Notes: generated from the sequence alone by a model not told the origin. A DNA stretch of 63,233 nt, filler included, from 5 parts of 5 records of this genome joined end to end with filler, not necessarily neighbours in it; one strand, 5' to 3'; counted from the first letter of the whole stretch, positions 26,906 through 37,697 are shown. Made by a program: numbers and translations.

Positions 26906-29900
26906 ATGTTGATTCGAACCTTCACACTTGCATTCCTGAGCCTGGTGATCACAGCGTGGATGCCGTGGCAGACCTCCCTTGAGGCGCGCAGCCTGATTGT
27001 ACGCTTGAGTGCCGCCGCGGCGCAGAGCGGACAGACACCCAGCGCACTCCAGCAAAACCTTGCACTCTTAAACAGTCCACCCGCCAACGTGTTTAGCTTT
27101 GGCAAAATTTCCGGAACGGACTCACAATTGCGTAGCGCGACCGCCGAGCGCGCGCAGCTCATGCGCTACCGCGTTATTGAATTGCGCCCCGGCGTCGATG
27201 CTGATGCAGTGATTGAAGAGTTGAAGGCCGACCCGAGTATCGATGATGTTCAGGTGAACGGCAGCCGTCAAATGCCGCCGCTGCGCAAGATTTCAGCCGT
27301 AGAAATGGAAGAAGGCGAAGAACGCATCTCCGACAACTGGGCACTTGAAAAATGTGAATTCCCGCAGGCCTGGGAAAGTGCCACCGGTGACGGCGTCGTC
27401 ATTGCCGTGATTGACACCGGTGTTGACTACCTGCACCCGGACCTGATTGACAACTTGTTTGTCAACGAAGCTGAAGACCTAAATGGCAATGGCCGCTTTG
27501 AGCCCTGGCGCGCCGACGAAACTGACAGCGAAGGCCTGAGCGGCGACCTGGACGGCATCGACAACGACGGCAACGGTTATACCGATGACGTTATCGGCTA
27601 TGATATGGTCGACCAGGCGATTCGCAATTTTGGCGACGACCGCAATCGCGACGGAATTCCATTTGACGAGAATGGTCACGGCACTGCGGTAGCCGGCGTG
27701 CTGGCCGCCGTGCGTGGCAATAACATTGGACTTATCGGTGCAGCGCCGAATGCCAAAGTCTTAAGCGTGCGCGCTTTTGATGTGAGCGGAAATGCGGAAG
27801 ATGATGACATGGCGGCAGCGATTGTCTACGCCGCCATAGCCGGTGCCGATATCATCAATCTTAGTTTTGGTGACATTTTTCATTCACCGATTCTGCGCGA
27901 TGCCGCGCGTTTTGCCGCATCACTGAATTGCCTGCTTGTTTCCTCGGCAGGTAATGACGGCAGTACACTTTCACATTACCCATCCAACCACGCTGAAGTC
28001 TTATCGATTGGTGCTACGACTTCAGAAGATAATCTGGCGATTTTTTCTGTGCGCGGATCGACCGTAGACATGGTTGCGCCTGGTGTTGAAGTGCCAACCA
28101 CGGAAGTTGGCGGCGGCTACCGGCTCGTGAGCGGAACGTCATTTGCTGCGCCCTATGTGGCGGCGGCGGCGGCTCTGCTTCTGGAGCGTTCGCCGGATGC
28201 CGACGTGCGTTCGCTGTTTGGTGTTCTGCAGGCCAGCTCAGATGATTTGGGCGAACCGGGCTGGGACGACCTGTTCAGTAATGGACGCCTGAATGCTGCC
28301 CGCGCCGTGGAGCGTATTGGCGGCACACAGGTCTCGATTTTGAGTCCGGCGGTGGACTCCGAATTCACGCGCGGCGCGGGTGAAACTATTGAAGTTGAAA
28401 TCGACGCAGCCACGCCGCTGTTTGAATGGTATCAGGTTTCGGTTGGTGCCGGCCGCGAACCGCGCGAATGGACCGCAATTACTCTGAGGGAGCTGAAGCA
28501 GCTACGCTCAGGAGTTGCTGTTGCGCTGCCCGCCGATGAGCTGACGGAAGGAACACATACGTTGCGGCTGCAGGTCAGCCAGACTAACGGACAGATCTTG
28601 GAAACGCGCCGTCGGATTGACGTTGTCTCAAGCGAACTGGAAGCTTCGGTCTCAGACAGTTGGGCCTGGAGCGGCTTCCGGCGAATTCTGGTAGTTGAAG
28701 GCGAAAGTTCACGGCGCACGCGCATGTCACTGCGCTACTGGCCGGCCGGAAATCCGGACGTCGCGCGCAGCCTGGATGACTTTGCACGGCTGACACGTGG
28801 ACACCACATTCCCGTGCGCGAATTTGACATTGAGACACCAGTCTACAGCGTTGAAGTTGTATTTGAAGCTCTCAATGGCGAGACCGTCAAGCTGGAATTT
28901 GATGTGAATGTTCCCAAGACTGAAGCCCCTGAGCGCGGCTTTAGCGAGCGCTTCAGCGGCGCGCCGGACTCCTATTTGCTGGATCAGGTGGCACCGCTGG
29001 CAGGCCCTGGATCGGAAGTGTTTGTGGTGAACGACATCAGTACAGGCGATTTTGGCGCCATCAAAACGTACCGCTATGACAATGAATTGATTGTAGCGCT
29101 GGATTCCCTGGAAGAGCGCTGGATTCCGCGCGGCATTGGTGACTCGGACGGCGACGGCATTCTGGAAGTATTTGCGCAGTCCGGCGGCGAGTCGGTGCTA
29201 TTTGAGGCCGAGCAAGCCGGCGGCAACCCCTTTGCCCGCCAAATATTCAGCGAACGCGAAACCGGCCAGTTTTGGGCCAGCGCGATGTACGACTTTGACA
29301 ATGATGGCCGTGAAGAACTGCTTGTGCGCAGCGACAGCGATTACATGCTCTATGACTTCCGTGATGACGCTTATGTAAAAGTTGCTGATGCACCGAATAG
29401 TTCGGCCGGCTCCGCTGGTGGTCCCAATCTCTTTGGCCCGCCCGTGGCTGCAATTGGAAATTTTGACGAAGACGCAAATATTGAAATCTGCTTTGGCGAC
29501 CTGGACGCCGATTTCCTGATTTACGAATACCGCAATGGCGCATTTGTGCTGGAGCACCTGCTTGAAAACGACGGCAGCAGCGGTAGCCAGTTTGTGACTG
29601 CTGTTGACGTGGACGGCGACGGTAATGATGAACTGTTGCTTGGTTTCCATGCAGCGGTGGAGCCCAATTTCCGCCGTGAATACGATACGCCGCTCTGGAC
29701 CTATTTGCTGGTGGATCTGCAGGGTGAAAAAGTCGATACCTTGTGGCAGGAACAGTTTTATGGGCTGCGCGTTGCCTCGGGTTTTCGCAATGGTGTGGCT
29801 GCCGGGCAGTTGGATGACCGGCCGGGCGAAGAATTTGTCATCGCCGGTTTCCCAAATCTCTATGTTTTCAGCAGGGGCGAGTCCAGAGAGGAACCGGCGT

Positions 29901-31231
29901 TTGAGGTGCTTTGGCATTTTCCGGCTGCGCTGACCAACAGCGCCGTGATTTACGATTTTGACAAAAACGGCAGGAATGAGATTGGTTTCAACACCAATGG
30001 TGGCCTGCGCTTCTACGAATTCGACGGGCCGCAGGCGCGTCCGGATGTTCCTACGGGCCTGCGCGGCTGGGCGACCGGCGCGACTACCGCCTTTCTGGAA
30101 TGGGAGCCGGTAGAAAATGCACGCGAATATGTAGTTGTGCGCCTTTCGCTGGTCGATGGAAAAACGGTGACGGAAGAGTTGCCGCCGATCACTCAAAACA
30201 GACTGAATATCACGGGGCTGGAGCCTGGGAGATCCTACTTCTTTGGCGTTGTGTCAATCAATGAAAGTTCATTTCCGGAAAACCCCGCAAGTGTTGGATC
30301 GCGATTGATTGAAGTTTTTACGCATGAAACTGTGCGGCCGCTGACTGCGGAGCTGATTGGATCACAGGTTTTGCAGCTGAACTTCAGCGGCCCGATGAGT
30401 CCTGAGGCTTTTGCGCCGGGTAACTTCAGGCTGTGGCGCAGTGACGCTCCCGAATCAGTGATGAACCCGACAAGTGTGGTTTCTGCCACAGAGACAAGCA
30501 TAAATCTGTATATAAGCCTACCGCCAGGTAAAGGCGCTCATGTCATCGAAGTAGCCAGTTTGACCGATCTTTTTGGCGCGCCAACTACGCCTGCTGAACT
30601 GCAGTTTAATGTTGGTGAAGAGGCCCCCCCCGAGCTGTTTTTGCTCAATCTTGAGGTGGTGGACCGCACGAATCTGATATTGACCTATTCGGAAGCTGTG
30701 GAGCGCAATTCGGCGCTAAATTCGCTGAATTACGATCTGCAACCCCTGGGGCAAATCGAGGAAGTTACCCTCTCGATGGGACGTGATGATCAGGTGGGAC
30801 TGAGACTGGATGAGAGTGCGGTGCTGGGCGCGCTGGGGCAGTTTTACACGGTTCAGGTGACGAATGTGGTGACACCGGAAGGCAGTCAGATGACGCTGGG
30901 AGCAGGCAATACGCTTGGATTTACCTTTACGGAAGAAGACCTGCAGGAAGTGTTTGCCTATCCTAATCCGGTGCGCTATGGCGAAGAAGAAGAGATGACC
31001 TTTGCAGGGCTGACGCAGGATGCCGAAGTCACTGTGCTTTCAATGGAAGGTCGTGTGCTGGCGCGCCTGACGGAAGTGGATGGAAATGGCGGCGTCAACT
31101 GGAACCTGCGCGACCTGGACGGCAACATTCTGGAAAGTGGTGTGTATTTGTACCGTGTGACGGGGTCGGTCAGCGGTGGACAAGCCTTTGAGTCTGAAAT
31201 GAAAAAGTTTGTAGTGTTGCGCGGTGAATAG
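26906..31231 (+). CDS. S8 subtilisin-like serine protease with FG-GAP-like repeats, FN3/Ig-like domains and T9SS-type C-terminal domain
   Basis: Catalytic VIDTG, HGTAVAG and GTSFAAP; DxDxDG repeats; FN3 (LNITGLEPGRSYFFGV); C-terminus AYPNP...WNLRD...SGVYLY...KKFVVLR; signal peptide from ATG 26906. Confidence 0.92.
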   Translation: MLIRTFTLAFLSLVITAWMPWQTSLEARSLIVRLSAAAAQSGQTPSALQQNLALLNSPPANVFSFGKISGTDSQLRSATAERAQLMRYRVIELRPGVDADAVIEELKADPSIDDVQVNGSRQMPPLRKISAVEMEEGEERISDNWALEKCEFPQAWESATGDGVVIAVIDTGVDYLHPDLIDNLFVNEAEDLNGNGRFEPWRADETDSEGLSGDLDGIDNDGNGYTDDVIGYDMVDQAIRNFGDDRNRDGIPFDENGHGTAVAGVLAAVRGNNIGLIGAAPNAKVLSVRAFDVSGNAEDDDMAAAIVYAAIAGADIINLSFGDIFHSPILRDAARFAASLNCLLVSSAGNDGSTLSHYPSNHAEVLSIGATTSEDNLAIFSVRGSTVDMVAPGVEVPTTEVGGGYRLVSGTSFAAPYVAAAAALLLERSPDADVRSLFGVLQASSDDLGEPGWDDLFSNGRLNAARAVERIGGTQVSILSPAVDSEFTRGAGETIEVEIDAATPLFEWYQVSVGAGREPREWTAITLRELKQLRSGVAVALPADELTEGTHTLRLQVSQTNGQILETRRRIDVVSSELEASVSDSWAWSGFRRILVVEGESSRRTRMSLRYWPAGNPDVARSLDDFARLTRGHHIPVREFDIETPVYSVEVVFEALNGETVKLEFDVNVPKTEAPERGFSERFSGAPDSYLLDQVAPLAGPGSEVFVVNDISTGDFGAIKTYRYDNELIVALDSLEERWIPRGIGDSDGDGILEVFAQSGGESVLFEAEQAGGNPFARQIFSERETGQFWASAMYDFDNDGREELLVRSDSDYMLYDFRDDAYVKVADAPNSSAGSAGGPNLFGPPVAAIGNFDEDANIEICFGDLDADFLIYEYRNGAFVLEHLLENDGSSGSQFVTAVDVDGDGNDELLLGFHAAVEPNFRREYDTPLWTYLLVDLQGEKVDTLWQEQFYGLRVASGFRNGVAAGQLDDRPGEEFVIAGFPNLYVFSRGESREEPAFEVLWHFPAALTNSAVIYDFDKNGRNEIGFNTNGGLRFYEFDGPQARPDVPTGLRGWATGATTAFLEWEPVENAREYVVVRLSLVDGKTVTEELPPITQNRLNITGLEPGRSYFFGVVSINESSFPENPASVGSRLIEVFTHETVRPLTAELIGSQVLQLNFSGPMSPEAFAPGNFRLWRSDAPESVMNPTSVVSATETSINLYISLPPGKGAHVIEVASLTDLFGAPTTPAELQFNVGEEAPPELFLLNLEVVDRTNLILTYSEAVERNSALNSLNYDLQPLGQIEEVTLSMGRDDQVGLRLDESAVLGALGQFYTVQVTNVVTPEGSQMTLGAGNTLGFTFTEEDLQEVFAYPNPVRYGEEEEMTFAGLTQDAEVTVLSMEGRVLARLTEVDGNGGVNWNLRDLDGNILESGVYLYRVTGSVSGGQAFESEMKKFVVLRGE

Positions 31232-31307
31232 TCTGGCGCAATAAAAAATGTGACTAAATCTGCGCTGAGAGATTACTGATACAAACAAACCATGGAAGCC
31301 CGAATAT

Positions 31308-31865
31308 ATGTCCGATAAACGCTTGTATACCGAACAGTCCGACGAAGATTTGTTCGCCCTGGTAAAAGAGGAGCGGGACGAAAAAGCATTTGATGCACTC
31401 TACCAACGCTACGACAAGCGTTTGTATGCGTATTGTTTGAGTGTCTTGAAGGACAAGGAACAAGCTGAGGATGTATTCCAGACAGTGATAATGACGATGT
31501 ATGACAAGCGCCAGCTCTTTAAGGGTGGGAACTTTGCTGCATGGTTATTTACGATCGCACGCCACTTTTCGATCAAAGCCGCGCGTAAACAGGCCAGAAT
31601 GACCGCGTTGGATGAAGTTACTCTGGAAGAGACGCTCGAAAACAAGGAGGAAGATGTCCTGCTTGTTGAGGCGCTCAACAAAGCCCTGACGGAGCTACCT
31701 GATAACTATCGTAAACCGCTTGAGCTGCGGTATTACGGAGGTTTTTCTTATGAACAAATCGCTTCAACTCTCGGAATTGGGCTCTCATCAGCAAAGATGC
31801 GAGTCTCCCGTGCCCGTCGTATGCTACAGAAGTTTCTGTCACCATACCTTAACGAGGCGCGATGA
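31308..31865 (+). CDS. ECF sigma factor
   Basis: AFDALYQRY, AEDVFQ, WLFTIAR, LRYYGGFSYEQIA, KMRVSRAR. Confidence 0.93.
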   Translation: MSDKRLYTEQSDEDLFALVKEERDEKAFDALYQRYDKRLYAYCLSVLKDKEQAEDVFQTVIMTMYDKRQLFKGGNFAAWLFTIARHFSIKAARKQARMTALDEVTLEETLENKEEDVLLVEALNKALTELPDNYRKPLELRYYGGFSYEQIASTLGIGLSSAKMRVSRARRMLQKFLSPYLNEAR

Positions 31866-32959
31866 ACACTGAGCAACTAATTGATCGCCTGCTGGACGGC
31901 ACGCTGACTGACTCTGAATTACGTCAACTTGAAAGTCAGATGATTTCTGACGATGGAGTTTCCAACGAGGTGCGCGAGCTTCTGCACCTTGAGGAAGCGA
32001 TGAGCAAAAGTGCAAATGTACATTTTGCTGCCAGTGAGGCGTACAGACAGGATGTGGCTGACCGCGTCAAGGAAAAAATGCGCGCCGAAACTGGCGCTTT
32101 GTTCACGAGTGGACGCATAGGTTCGATGCTGTGGAGCGCAGGTAATGCGATGCGCAGCCGCGCCGCAATTGGCGCCGGCGCTTTGCTGCTGGCCGCCCTG
32201 ATTGTGCCGCTGGAATTTGGGTCGGAACACAATTCCGAGGCCGGAATACCAGTGCCTTCAAATGCAATTGTTGAAAATCGGGTTTCCAGCGAACTCGCTC
32301 CCGTTGGCGGAACGATGATTGCTGAAGAAGATCCTGCAGAATTTGATGCCTCCGATTACGCATCGGGCATCGAACAACAATCCACTCCATTGAGTGATCC
32401 CGCATCCGGAAATGATGCTCTGGCCGCCGCTTCGATTTCACCTTCAGGAGAAATTGATGAGCAGGCCGCTGCGACGCCGGACCTCGATAATCGCACAGAC
32501 GACGTACCAGTACAACAGCCGGATGCCATAAGCACCGAAAGTGGGGAAGGCGCGCCTGAGCAATATCACGGAGTGACGACGAGAAACGAAACGAGTTCCA
32601 TGCAACACGCGCACGAAGCCGAGGCTGAGCGTTTGCATCAGGAACTGCGCGAACATCAGGTGGCCGGGGATGTACTCAGTGCCGTCCAGGTGCGCAAGCA
32701 GTTGGGGGTTCTGTACCGCGGAATCGGCAAACATGCTGAGAGTGAGCGTTATTTGAATCAGGTGCTGGATATTGCTCGCAAACAAGGCATTCAGGATCTG
32801 GAAGCCTCCGCCCTTGGTGAGCTGGGCCTTCTAGACCGCGACCGTGGCCAAAAAGCTTCGGCGCGCGAACGCCTGGAAGCTTGTGTTGCTATCAAACGCT
32901 CGAATGGCTCTTTCGACGTCAAACGTTGGGAAAATGAGCTGAGCGGACTTGATTGGTAA
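31862..32959 (+). CDS. Putative anti-sigma factor with TM segment and C-terminal TPR
   Basis: ATGA overlap with the sigma gene; N-terminal LIDRLLDGTL; TM (AAIGAGALLLAALIV); TPR-like LGVLYRGIGKHAESERYL and ALGELGLL. Confidence 0.75.
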   Translation: MNTEQLIDRLLDGTLTDSELRQLESQMISDDGVSNEVRELLHLEEAMSKSANVHFAASEAYRQDVADRVKEKMRAETGALFTSGRIGSMLWSAGNAMRSRAAIGAGALLLAALIVPLEFGSEHNSEAGIPVPSNAIVENRVSSELAPVGGTMIAEEDPAEFDASDYASGIEQQSTPLSDPASGNDALAAASISPSGEIDEQAAATPDLDNRTDDVPVQQPDAISTESGEGAPEQYHGVTTRNETSSMQHAHEAEAERLHQELREHQVAGDVLSAVQVRKQLGVLYRGIGKHAESERYLNQVLDIARKQGIQDLEASALGELGLLDRDRGQKASARERLEACVAIKRSNGSFDVKRWENELSGLDW

Positions 32960-33010
32960 TTGCGGCTTGTAGACCTGCCATAAAAAAGACTCTCTTACTC
33001 AATTGACCAG

Positions 33011-33044
33011 AGGCTGTTTCTCCTAGTGAGAAGCAGCCTTTTTT
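33011..33044 (+). terminator. Intrinsic terminator
   Basis: AGGCTGTTTCTC-ctagt-GAGAAGCAGCCT followed by a T tract. Confidence 0.85.
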
Positions 33045-33354
33045 GTTTTTTGGCTCTGCGGTTGTGAGCGCTTTGAGCCCTCTGTTTCACTTGCAGTTTC
33101 ACTTCGGTCTCAGGCTTGCTTGATGTCTATGTTAATTGTTGAGATTGAAGCCTCAAGAGCAGTAGATATTCGTTAGTTGATGTCAATGGCCCGAGAGATA
33201 TAACTGCGCGTTTTGCGTCTCAAATTGCTGAGTCTAGAGACTGGAGTCTGGAGGGGGATCGCCGGAGAGTTGGTTCTGAGAATTGTAGGATTTGGGATGG
33301 GTGTTATCTGGGAATCTGAGAGATTCAGTCTTCAAGACACCCGGGTCCAGCCCT

Positions 33355-33454
33355 NNNNNNNNNNNNNNNNNNNNNNNNNNNNNNNNNNNNNNNNNNNNTT
33401 AATTAATTAANNNNNNNNNNNNNNNNNNNNNNNNNNNNNNNNNNNNNNNNNNNN
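33355..33454. other. Artificial contig linker
   Basis: N44-TTAATTAATTAA-N44. Confidence 0.98.
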
Positions 33455-34303
33455 ATAGCCCGGCAAGGTGGAAAACGGGTTCAGCCGGGTGCCAAGGCAC
33501 AAAACCACATCAGCCTGGCTGATCAGTTCCATCCCGGCCTTTGACCCGTTGTAGCCGAGCGGACCGGCAAACAGCGGGTGAGAGCCGGGGAAGGCATCAT
33601 TGTGCTGGTAGCCCACGCAAACCGGGGCATCCAGACGCTCTGCCAGTGCCATCGAGGCGGGGATCGCGCCGCCGATAACCACACCTGCGCCGTTCAGGAT
33701 AACGGGTGACTTGGCTTCGGACAGCAGGCGGGCGGCCTCGGCCACAGCTTCTTCGCCGCCGCCGGGGCGTTCAAATTCCACGATGGCGGGCAGGTTGATG
33801 TCGATCACCTGGGTCCAGTAGTCACGCGGCATGTTGATCTGGGCGGGTGCTGAGGCACGCTTGGCGTTGATGATCACTCGGTTCAGCACTTCGGCCACGC
33901 GCGACGGGTCGCGGACCTCTTCCTGATAGGCAACCATGTCCTTGAAGGCGGCCATCTGTTCGACTTCCTGGAAGCCCCCCTGCCCGATTGATTTGTTGGC
34001 GGCCTGCGGCGTGACCAGCAGCAGCGGCGTATGGTTCCAATACGCGGTTTTCACAGCCGTGACGAAATTGGTGATGCCTGGACCGTTCTGGGCGATCATC
34101 ATGCTCATCTTGCCGGACGCGCGGGTATAGCCATCGGCCATCATCCCGCCGGACCCTTCATGGGCACAGTCCCAGAAGGCAATGCCCGCCTGCGGAAACA
34201 GGTCGGAAATCGGCATGAAGGCGGACCCGATAATGCCAAAGGCATCTTCGATCCCATGCATTTGCAGCACTTTTACAAAGGCTTCTTCGGTGGTCATCTT
34301 CAT
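33455..34303 (-). CDS. xsc: Sulfoacetaldehyde acetyltransferase, 3'-truncated by contig end
   Basis: MKMTTEEAFVKVL, FGIIGSA, AHEGSGGMMADGYTR, AQNGPGITN; ThDP enzyme in a taurine cluster. Confidence 0.93.
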
Positions 34304-34380
34304 TGGCGGCATCTCCACGGAAAAGGATGGGCACAGTCTGTGCTTTGATGTCGGTTGTAGCGCTCAGCACTGCCCTGCAG

Positions 34381-34390
34381 TTAGGGCCAG
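34381..34390 (-). promoter_or_regulatory. TauR box-like site upstream of xsc
   Basis: CTGGCCCTAA on the minus strand, one mismatch to CTGGACYTAA. Confidence 0.6.
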
Positions 34391-35872
34391 TTAGCGTGGC
34401 TCGCTATGGCCAAAGCTTGCGATTTCTTCGGCAATCCGGCGGATGCCTTCAGGGATTTTCTCGGACGGGATGGAACTGTAGGCCAGCCGGTAGAACCGCC
34501 GCGCATCATCGGCCGGGCTGAAGAAGCTGCGCCCCGGTTCGATCACCACACCGCGATCATAAAGCCGGTATGCCAGGCGCTCGGTGTCTACATGTGGCGG
34601 TGCCGCCATCCAGAAGCTGGATCCGCCTGTGGCCACCGCACCCGAAATCGACAGGCCGTGCTTCTTGATGGCCTCCGACATGACAGTACGCCGGGTTTCA
34701 TAGGCTTTTCGCATCCGGTTGATCTGCGCGTCGTAATGGCCGAGCGACAGGAAATAGGCGACCGTCCGCTGGATATGGCCGGGCGGGTGGCGCAGCACCA
34801 GCGCCCGCAGCGCACGGGCTTCGCGGATGAACTCCTCATCCGCCACCACGTAACCAAGCCTTAAACCCGGAAAGAGCGATTTGGAGAAAGAGCCGATATA
34901 GATAACCGCCCCTGTCTCATCCATCGACTTCAGCGCTGGCGATGGCGCGTTCTTGAACGACAGCTCAAACTCGTAGTCATCCTCGACCACGACAAAACCA
35001 CGTTCGGTCGCCAGTTCCAAAAGGCGTCTGCGGCGATCCACGGGCATGGTCATATTGGTCGGGCAATGGTGTGACACGGTGGTGAACACAACGTCCGTGT
35101 CGGGGGGCAAATCTTCGGGCGGCAGGCCCTCGTCATCCACGTCGACGGGCACCAGATGGCAACGAGTCTGCGTCAGGATTTCGCGCAGCCCTGGATAGGT
35201 GGGATTTTCCAGCACTGCCTTGCGCCGCTGCGTCAGCAGGATCTGCGCCGTCATCCAAAGGGCGTTCTGGGCGCCCATGGTGATCAGGATTTCCTCTTTG
35301 CGGGCGGCGATGCCACGGCGCGGCAAGATGTGACGCTGGATGTGTTCCAGCAGACGCTCGTCATCTTCTTCATACCGATCGGCGGTCAGGATCTTGAAGT
35401 CCTTCTGTCCAAGTGCCTGCAACCCGCATTGCCGCCATGTCTGATGCGAAAACAGCGTCGGGTCCGCCTGACCGTAGATGAACGGATAGGGGTAATCATG
35501 CCAATTCACTGGACGCAGCGGCAGGGCCGGGCTGTCGAACCGTTGCCCGATCGCCCGCGACCAGTCGATCCCCGGCTTTTCCGGCCGCCCGGTCAGATCG
35601 AATTCAGGCGGGGCCGGCGCGGTATCGGACACGAAATAGCCAGACCGGCCGCGCGAATTCAGGTAATCATCGGCCACCAGCTCGGTATAGGCATTGGTCA
35701 CGGTGATGCGGCTGATGCCCAGGTGGATGGCCAATTTCCGGCTGGACGGCAGCTTCTCTCCCGGCCTGAAACGCCCTGATAGAATGCCTTCCGCCACCAG
35801 CCGTTGCACCTTCTGTTGAAGGGTTCCCTCGGCCTGCGCGTCAAGAAAGAACGATTCCACCGGGATCGGCAC
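34391..35872 (-). CDS. tauR: MocR/GabR-type (GntR + PLP domain) taurine regulator
   Basis: GntR wHTH (LPSSRKLAIHLGISRITV), EDDYEFE, SFSKSLFPGLRLGY; GTG 35872 with AGGAGG upstream; lies between xsc and tpa. Confidence 0.9.
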   Translation of the reverse strand: MPIPVESFFLDAQAEGTLQQKVQRLVAEGILSGRFRPGEKLPSSRKLAIHLGISRITVTNAYTELVADDYLNSRGRSGYFVSDTAPAPPEFDLTGRPEKPGIDWSRAIGQRFDSPALPLRPVNWHDYPYPFIYGQADPTLFSHQTWRQCGLQALGQKDFKILTADRYEEDDERLLEHIQRHILPRRGIAARKEEILITMGAQNALWMTAQILLTQRRKAVLENPTYPGLREILTQTRCHLVPVDVDDEGLPPEDLPPDTDVVFTTVSHHCPTNMTMPVDRRRRLLELATERGFVVVEDDYEFELSFKNAPSPALKSMDETGAVIYIGSFSKSLFPGLRLGYVVADEEFIREARALRALVLRHPPGHIQRTVAYFLSLGHYDAQINRMRKAYETRRTVMSEAIKKHGLSISGAVATGGSSFWMAAPPHVDTERLAYRLYDRGVVIEPGRSFFSPADDARRFYRLAYSSIPSEKIPEGIRRIAEEIASFGHSEPR

Positions 35873-35874
35873 GG

Positions 35875-35974
35875 CTGGACTTAACCTCCTGTTTGCTCTG
35901 GTCACACCACATGCGCGGGGCACAGGGTTCTTGTCAATCCACTGGCGCTATGCATGGATAGGCTCTGGCCCTAT
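35875..35974 (+). promoter_or_regulatory. TauR operator region: two pairs of 10-bp direct repeats
   Basis: CTGGACTTAA (35875) with CTGGTCACAC (35898), and CTGGCGCTAT (35942) with CTGGCCCTAT (35965); 23-bp period in each pair; resembles the R. capsulatus TauR motif CTGGAC(T/C)TAA. Confidence 0.72.
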
Positions 35975-36033
35975 GTGGAACAGGCGCAACCCGGCACTGT
36001 GAACCCAGAGTCCGTCTTCCGGTGGAGAAAGAT

Positions 36034-37434
36034 ATGAACACCCCCTTTAATCCCAATGATATCAGCCATGTAATCGAGGCTGACCGCGCCAATGTCTGGC
36101 ATCATCTGATCCAGCACAAACCCTTCGAGACGGGCGAGCCCCGGATCATCGTCGAGGGCAAGGGGATGCGGGTCTGGGACGCCCATGGCAAGGAATATAT
36201 CGACGCCGTGTCCGGCGCAGTCTGGACCGTCAATGTCGGCTACGGCCGCAAGCGCATTGCCGATGCGGTGCATGAACAACTGATGAAAATGTGCTACTTC
36301 GCCCAGGCCGCGGGGTCGATCCCCGGTGCGCTCTTCGCTGAAAAGCTGATCGAGAAGATGCCGGGCATGTCCCGCGTCTACTACACCAACTCAGGCTCCG
36401 AGGCGAATGAGAAGGCGTTCAAGATGGTCCGCCAGATCGCCCATAAGAAATACGGCGGCAAGAAAACCAAGATCCTCTACCGCGACCGCGACTACCACGG
36501 CTCCACCCTCGCCGCGATGTCGGCAGGCGGGCAGGACGAACGCAACATGCAATACGGGCCCTTCGCGCCGGATTTCGTGCGCGTCCCCCACTGTATGGAA
36601 TATCGCAAGGAAGAGGTCGGGTTGGGCCATCTCTCTGGCCGTGACTTCGGCATCGCAGCCGCGAACCTTATCGAAGAGGTGATCCTGCGCGAAGGGCCGG
36701 AGACCGTCGGCGCGCTCTGCCTTGAACCGGTCACCGCAGGTGGTGGTGTTATCGAGGCGCCCGAAGGCTACTGGGACCGCGTGCAGGAGATTTGCAAGCA
36801 ATATGAGGTGCTTCTGCATATCGACGAGGTCGTCTGCGGCGTTGGCCGGACCGGAACCGAGTGGTTCGGCTACCAGCATTACGGCATCAAACCCGACTTC
36901 GTGACCATGGCCAAGGGCGTCGCGTCGGGCTATGCCGCCATCGCCTGCATGGTGACCACGGAAGAGGTGTTCGACCTGTTCAAGACCGACCCCTCGGACA
37001 AGATGAACCACTTCCGCGACATCTCCACCTTCGGCGGCTGCACTGGTGGCCCGGCGGCAGCGTTGGAGAATATGGCGATCATCGAGGAAGAGGGTCTGCT
37101 GGAAAACTGCACCGCCATGGGCTCGCGGATGATGGGCAACCTTCAGGCGCTGATGGACAAGCACCAGATCATCGGCGACGTGCGTGGCAAGGGCCTTTTC
37201 CTGGGCGCGGAACTGGTCAAGGACCGCGACACGAAAGAACCGGTCGAGGAAAAGGACGTGATGGCCGTGGTCGCGGATTGCGCCGCGCAGGGCGTCATCA
37301 TCGGCTCTTCCAACCGCTCGATTCCGGGCCGCAACAATGTGCTGTGCTTCTCGCCGGCGCTGATCGCAACGGCAGATGATATCGACGCGATCACCGATGC
37401 GGTGGACAAGGCGCTGACCAAGGTCTTCGGCTGA
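36034..37434 (+). CDS. tpa: Taurine-pyruvate aminotransferase (class III PLP)
   Basis: ADRANVWHHLIQHK, NSGSEANE, DEVVCGVGRTG, TMAKGVASGY; divergent from tauR. Confidence 0.92.
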   Translation: MNTPFNPNDISHVIEADRANVWHHLIQHKPFETGEPRIIVEGKGMRVWDAHGKEYIDAVSGAVWTVNVGYGRKRIADAVHEQLMKMCYFAQAAGSIPGALFAEKLIEKMPGMSRVYYTNSGSEANEKAFKMVRQIAHKKYGGKKTKILYRDRDYHGSTLAAMSAGGQDERNMQYGPFAPDFVRVPHCMEYRKEEVGLGHLSGRDFGIAAANLIEEVILREGPETVGALCLEPVTAGGGVIEAPEGYWDRVQEICKQYEVLLHIDEVVCGVGRTGTEWFGYQHYGIKPDFVTMAKGVASGYAAIACMVTTEEVFDLFKTDPSDKMNHFRDISTFGGCTGGPAAALENMAIIEEEGLLENCTAMGSRMMGNLQALMDKHQIIGDVRGKGLFLGAELVKDRDTKEPVEEKDVMAVVADCAAQGVIIGSSNRSIPGRNNVLCFSPALIATADDIDAITDAVDKALTKVFG

Positions 37435-37457
37435 TCTGATCCCCGACAAATGTCTGA

Positions 37458-37496
37458 AAGGCCCCGGTGTGCGCCCGCGCTCCGGGGCTTCTTTTT
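37458..37496 (+). terminator. Intrinsic terminator of tpa
   Basis: GCCCCGG...CCGGGGC followed by TTCTTTTT. Confidence 0.75.
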
Positions 37497-37690
37497 GGCC
37501 AGAAACACCCCGGCGCCCTATGTGCATCCCCCGTACACCCCCTGTGCACCCCCTATTCAGACAAAACCACCTTTCCTTTCATCTTGGTCCCAATACCTCG
37601 GGGTTTGGGGCAGAGCCCCAAGCGGCCCGGCGCGGCCCCCGCCTTGGCGGGGGGTAAGGCGGGCCGCCCCCGGTCGACGCCGAAGGCGGC
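37489..37690. repeat. Intergenic mosaic of short repeats (Rhodobacteraceae REP-like)
   Basis: Three 11-bp units (tgtgcatcccc/cgtacaccccc/tgtgcaccccc, 37521-37553); two related heads (ttctttttggccagaaacacccc and tttcatcttggtcccaatacctc); GC hairpins ggggcagagcccc and ccccgccttggcgggg. Confidence 0.6.
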
Positions 37691-37697
37691 GAAACCA

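Noticed and set aside
33051-33354. Possible short-repeat tract or ncRNA at the end of contig 2
   Set aside because: No consistent period or stable structure visible by eye.
36391-37527. 378-aa minus-strand ORF
   Set aside because: Antisense shadow of tpa.
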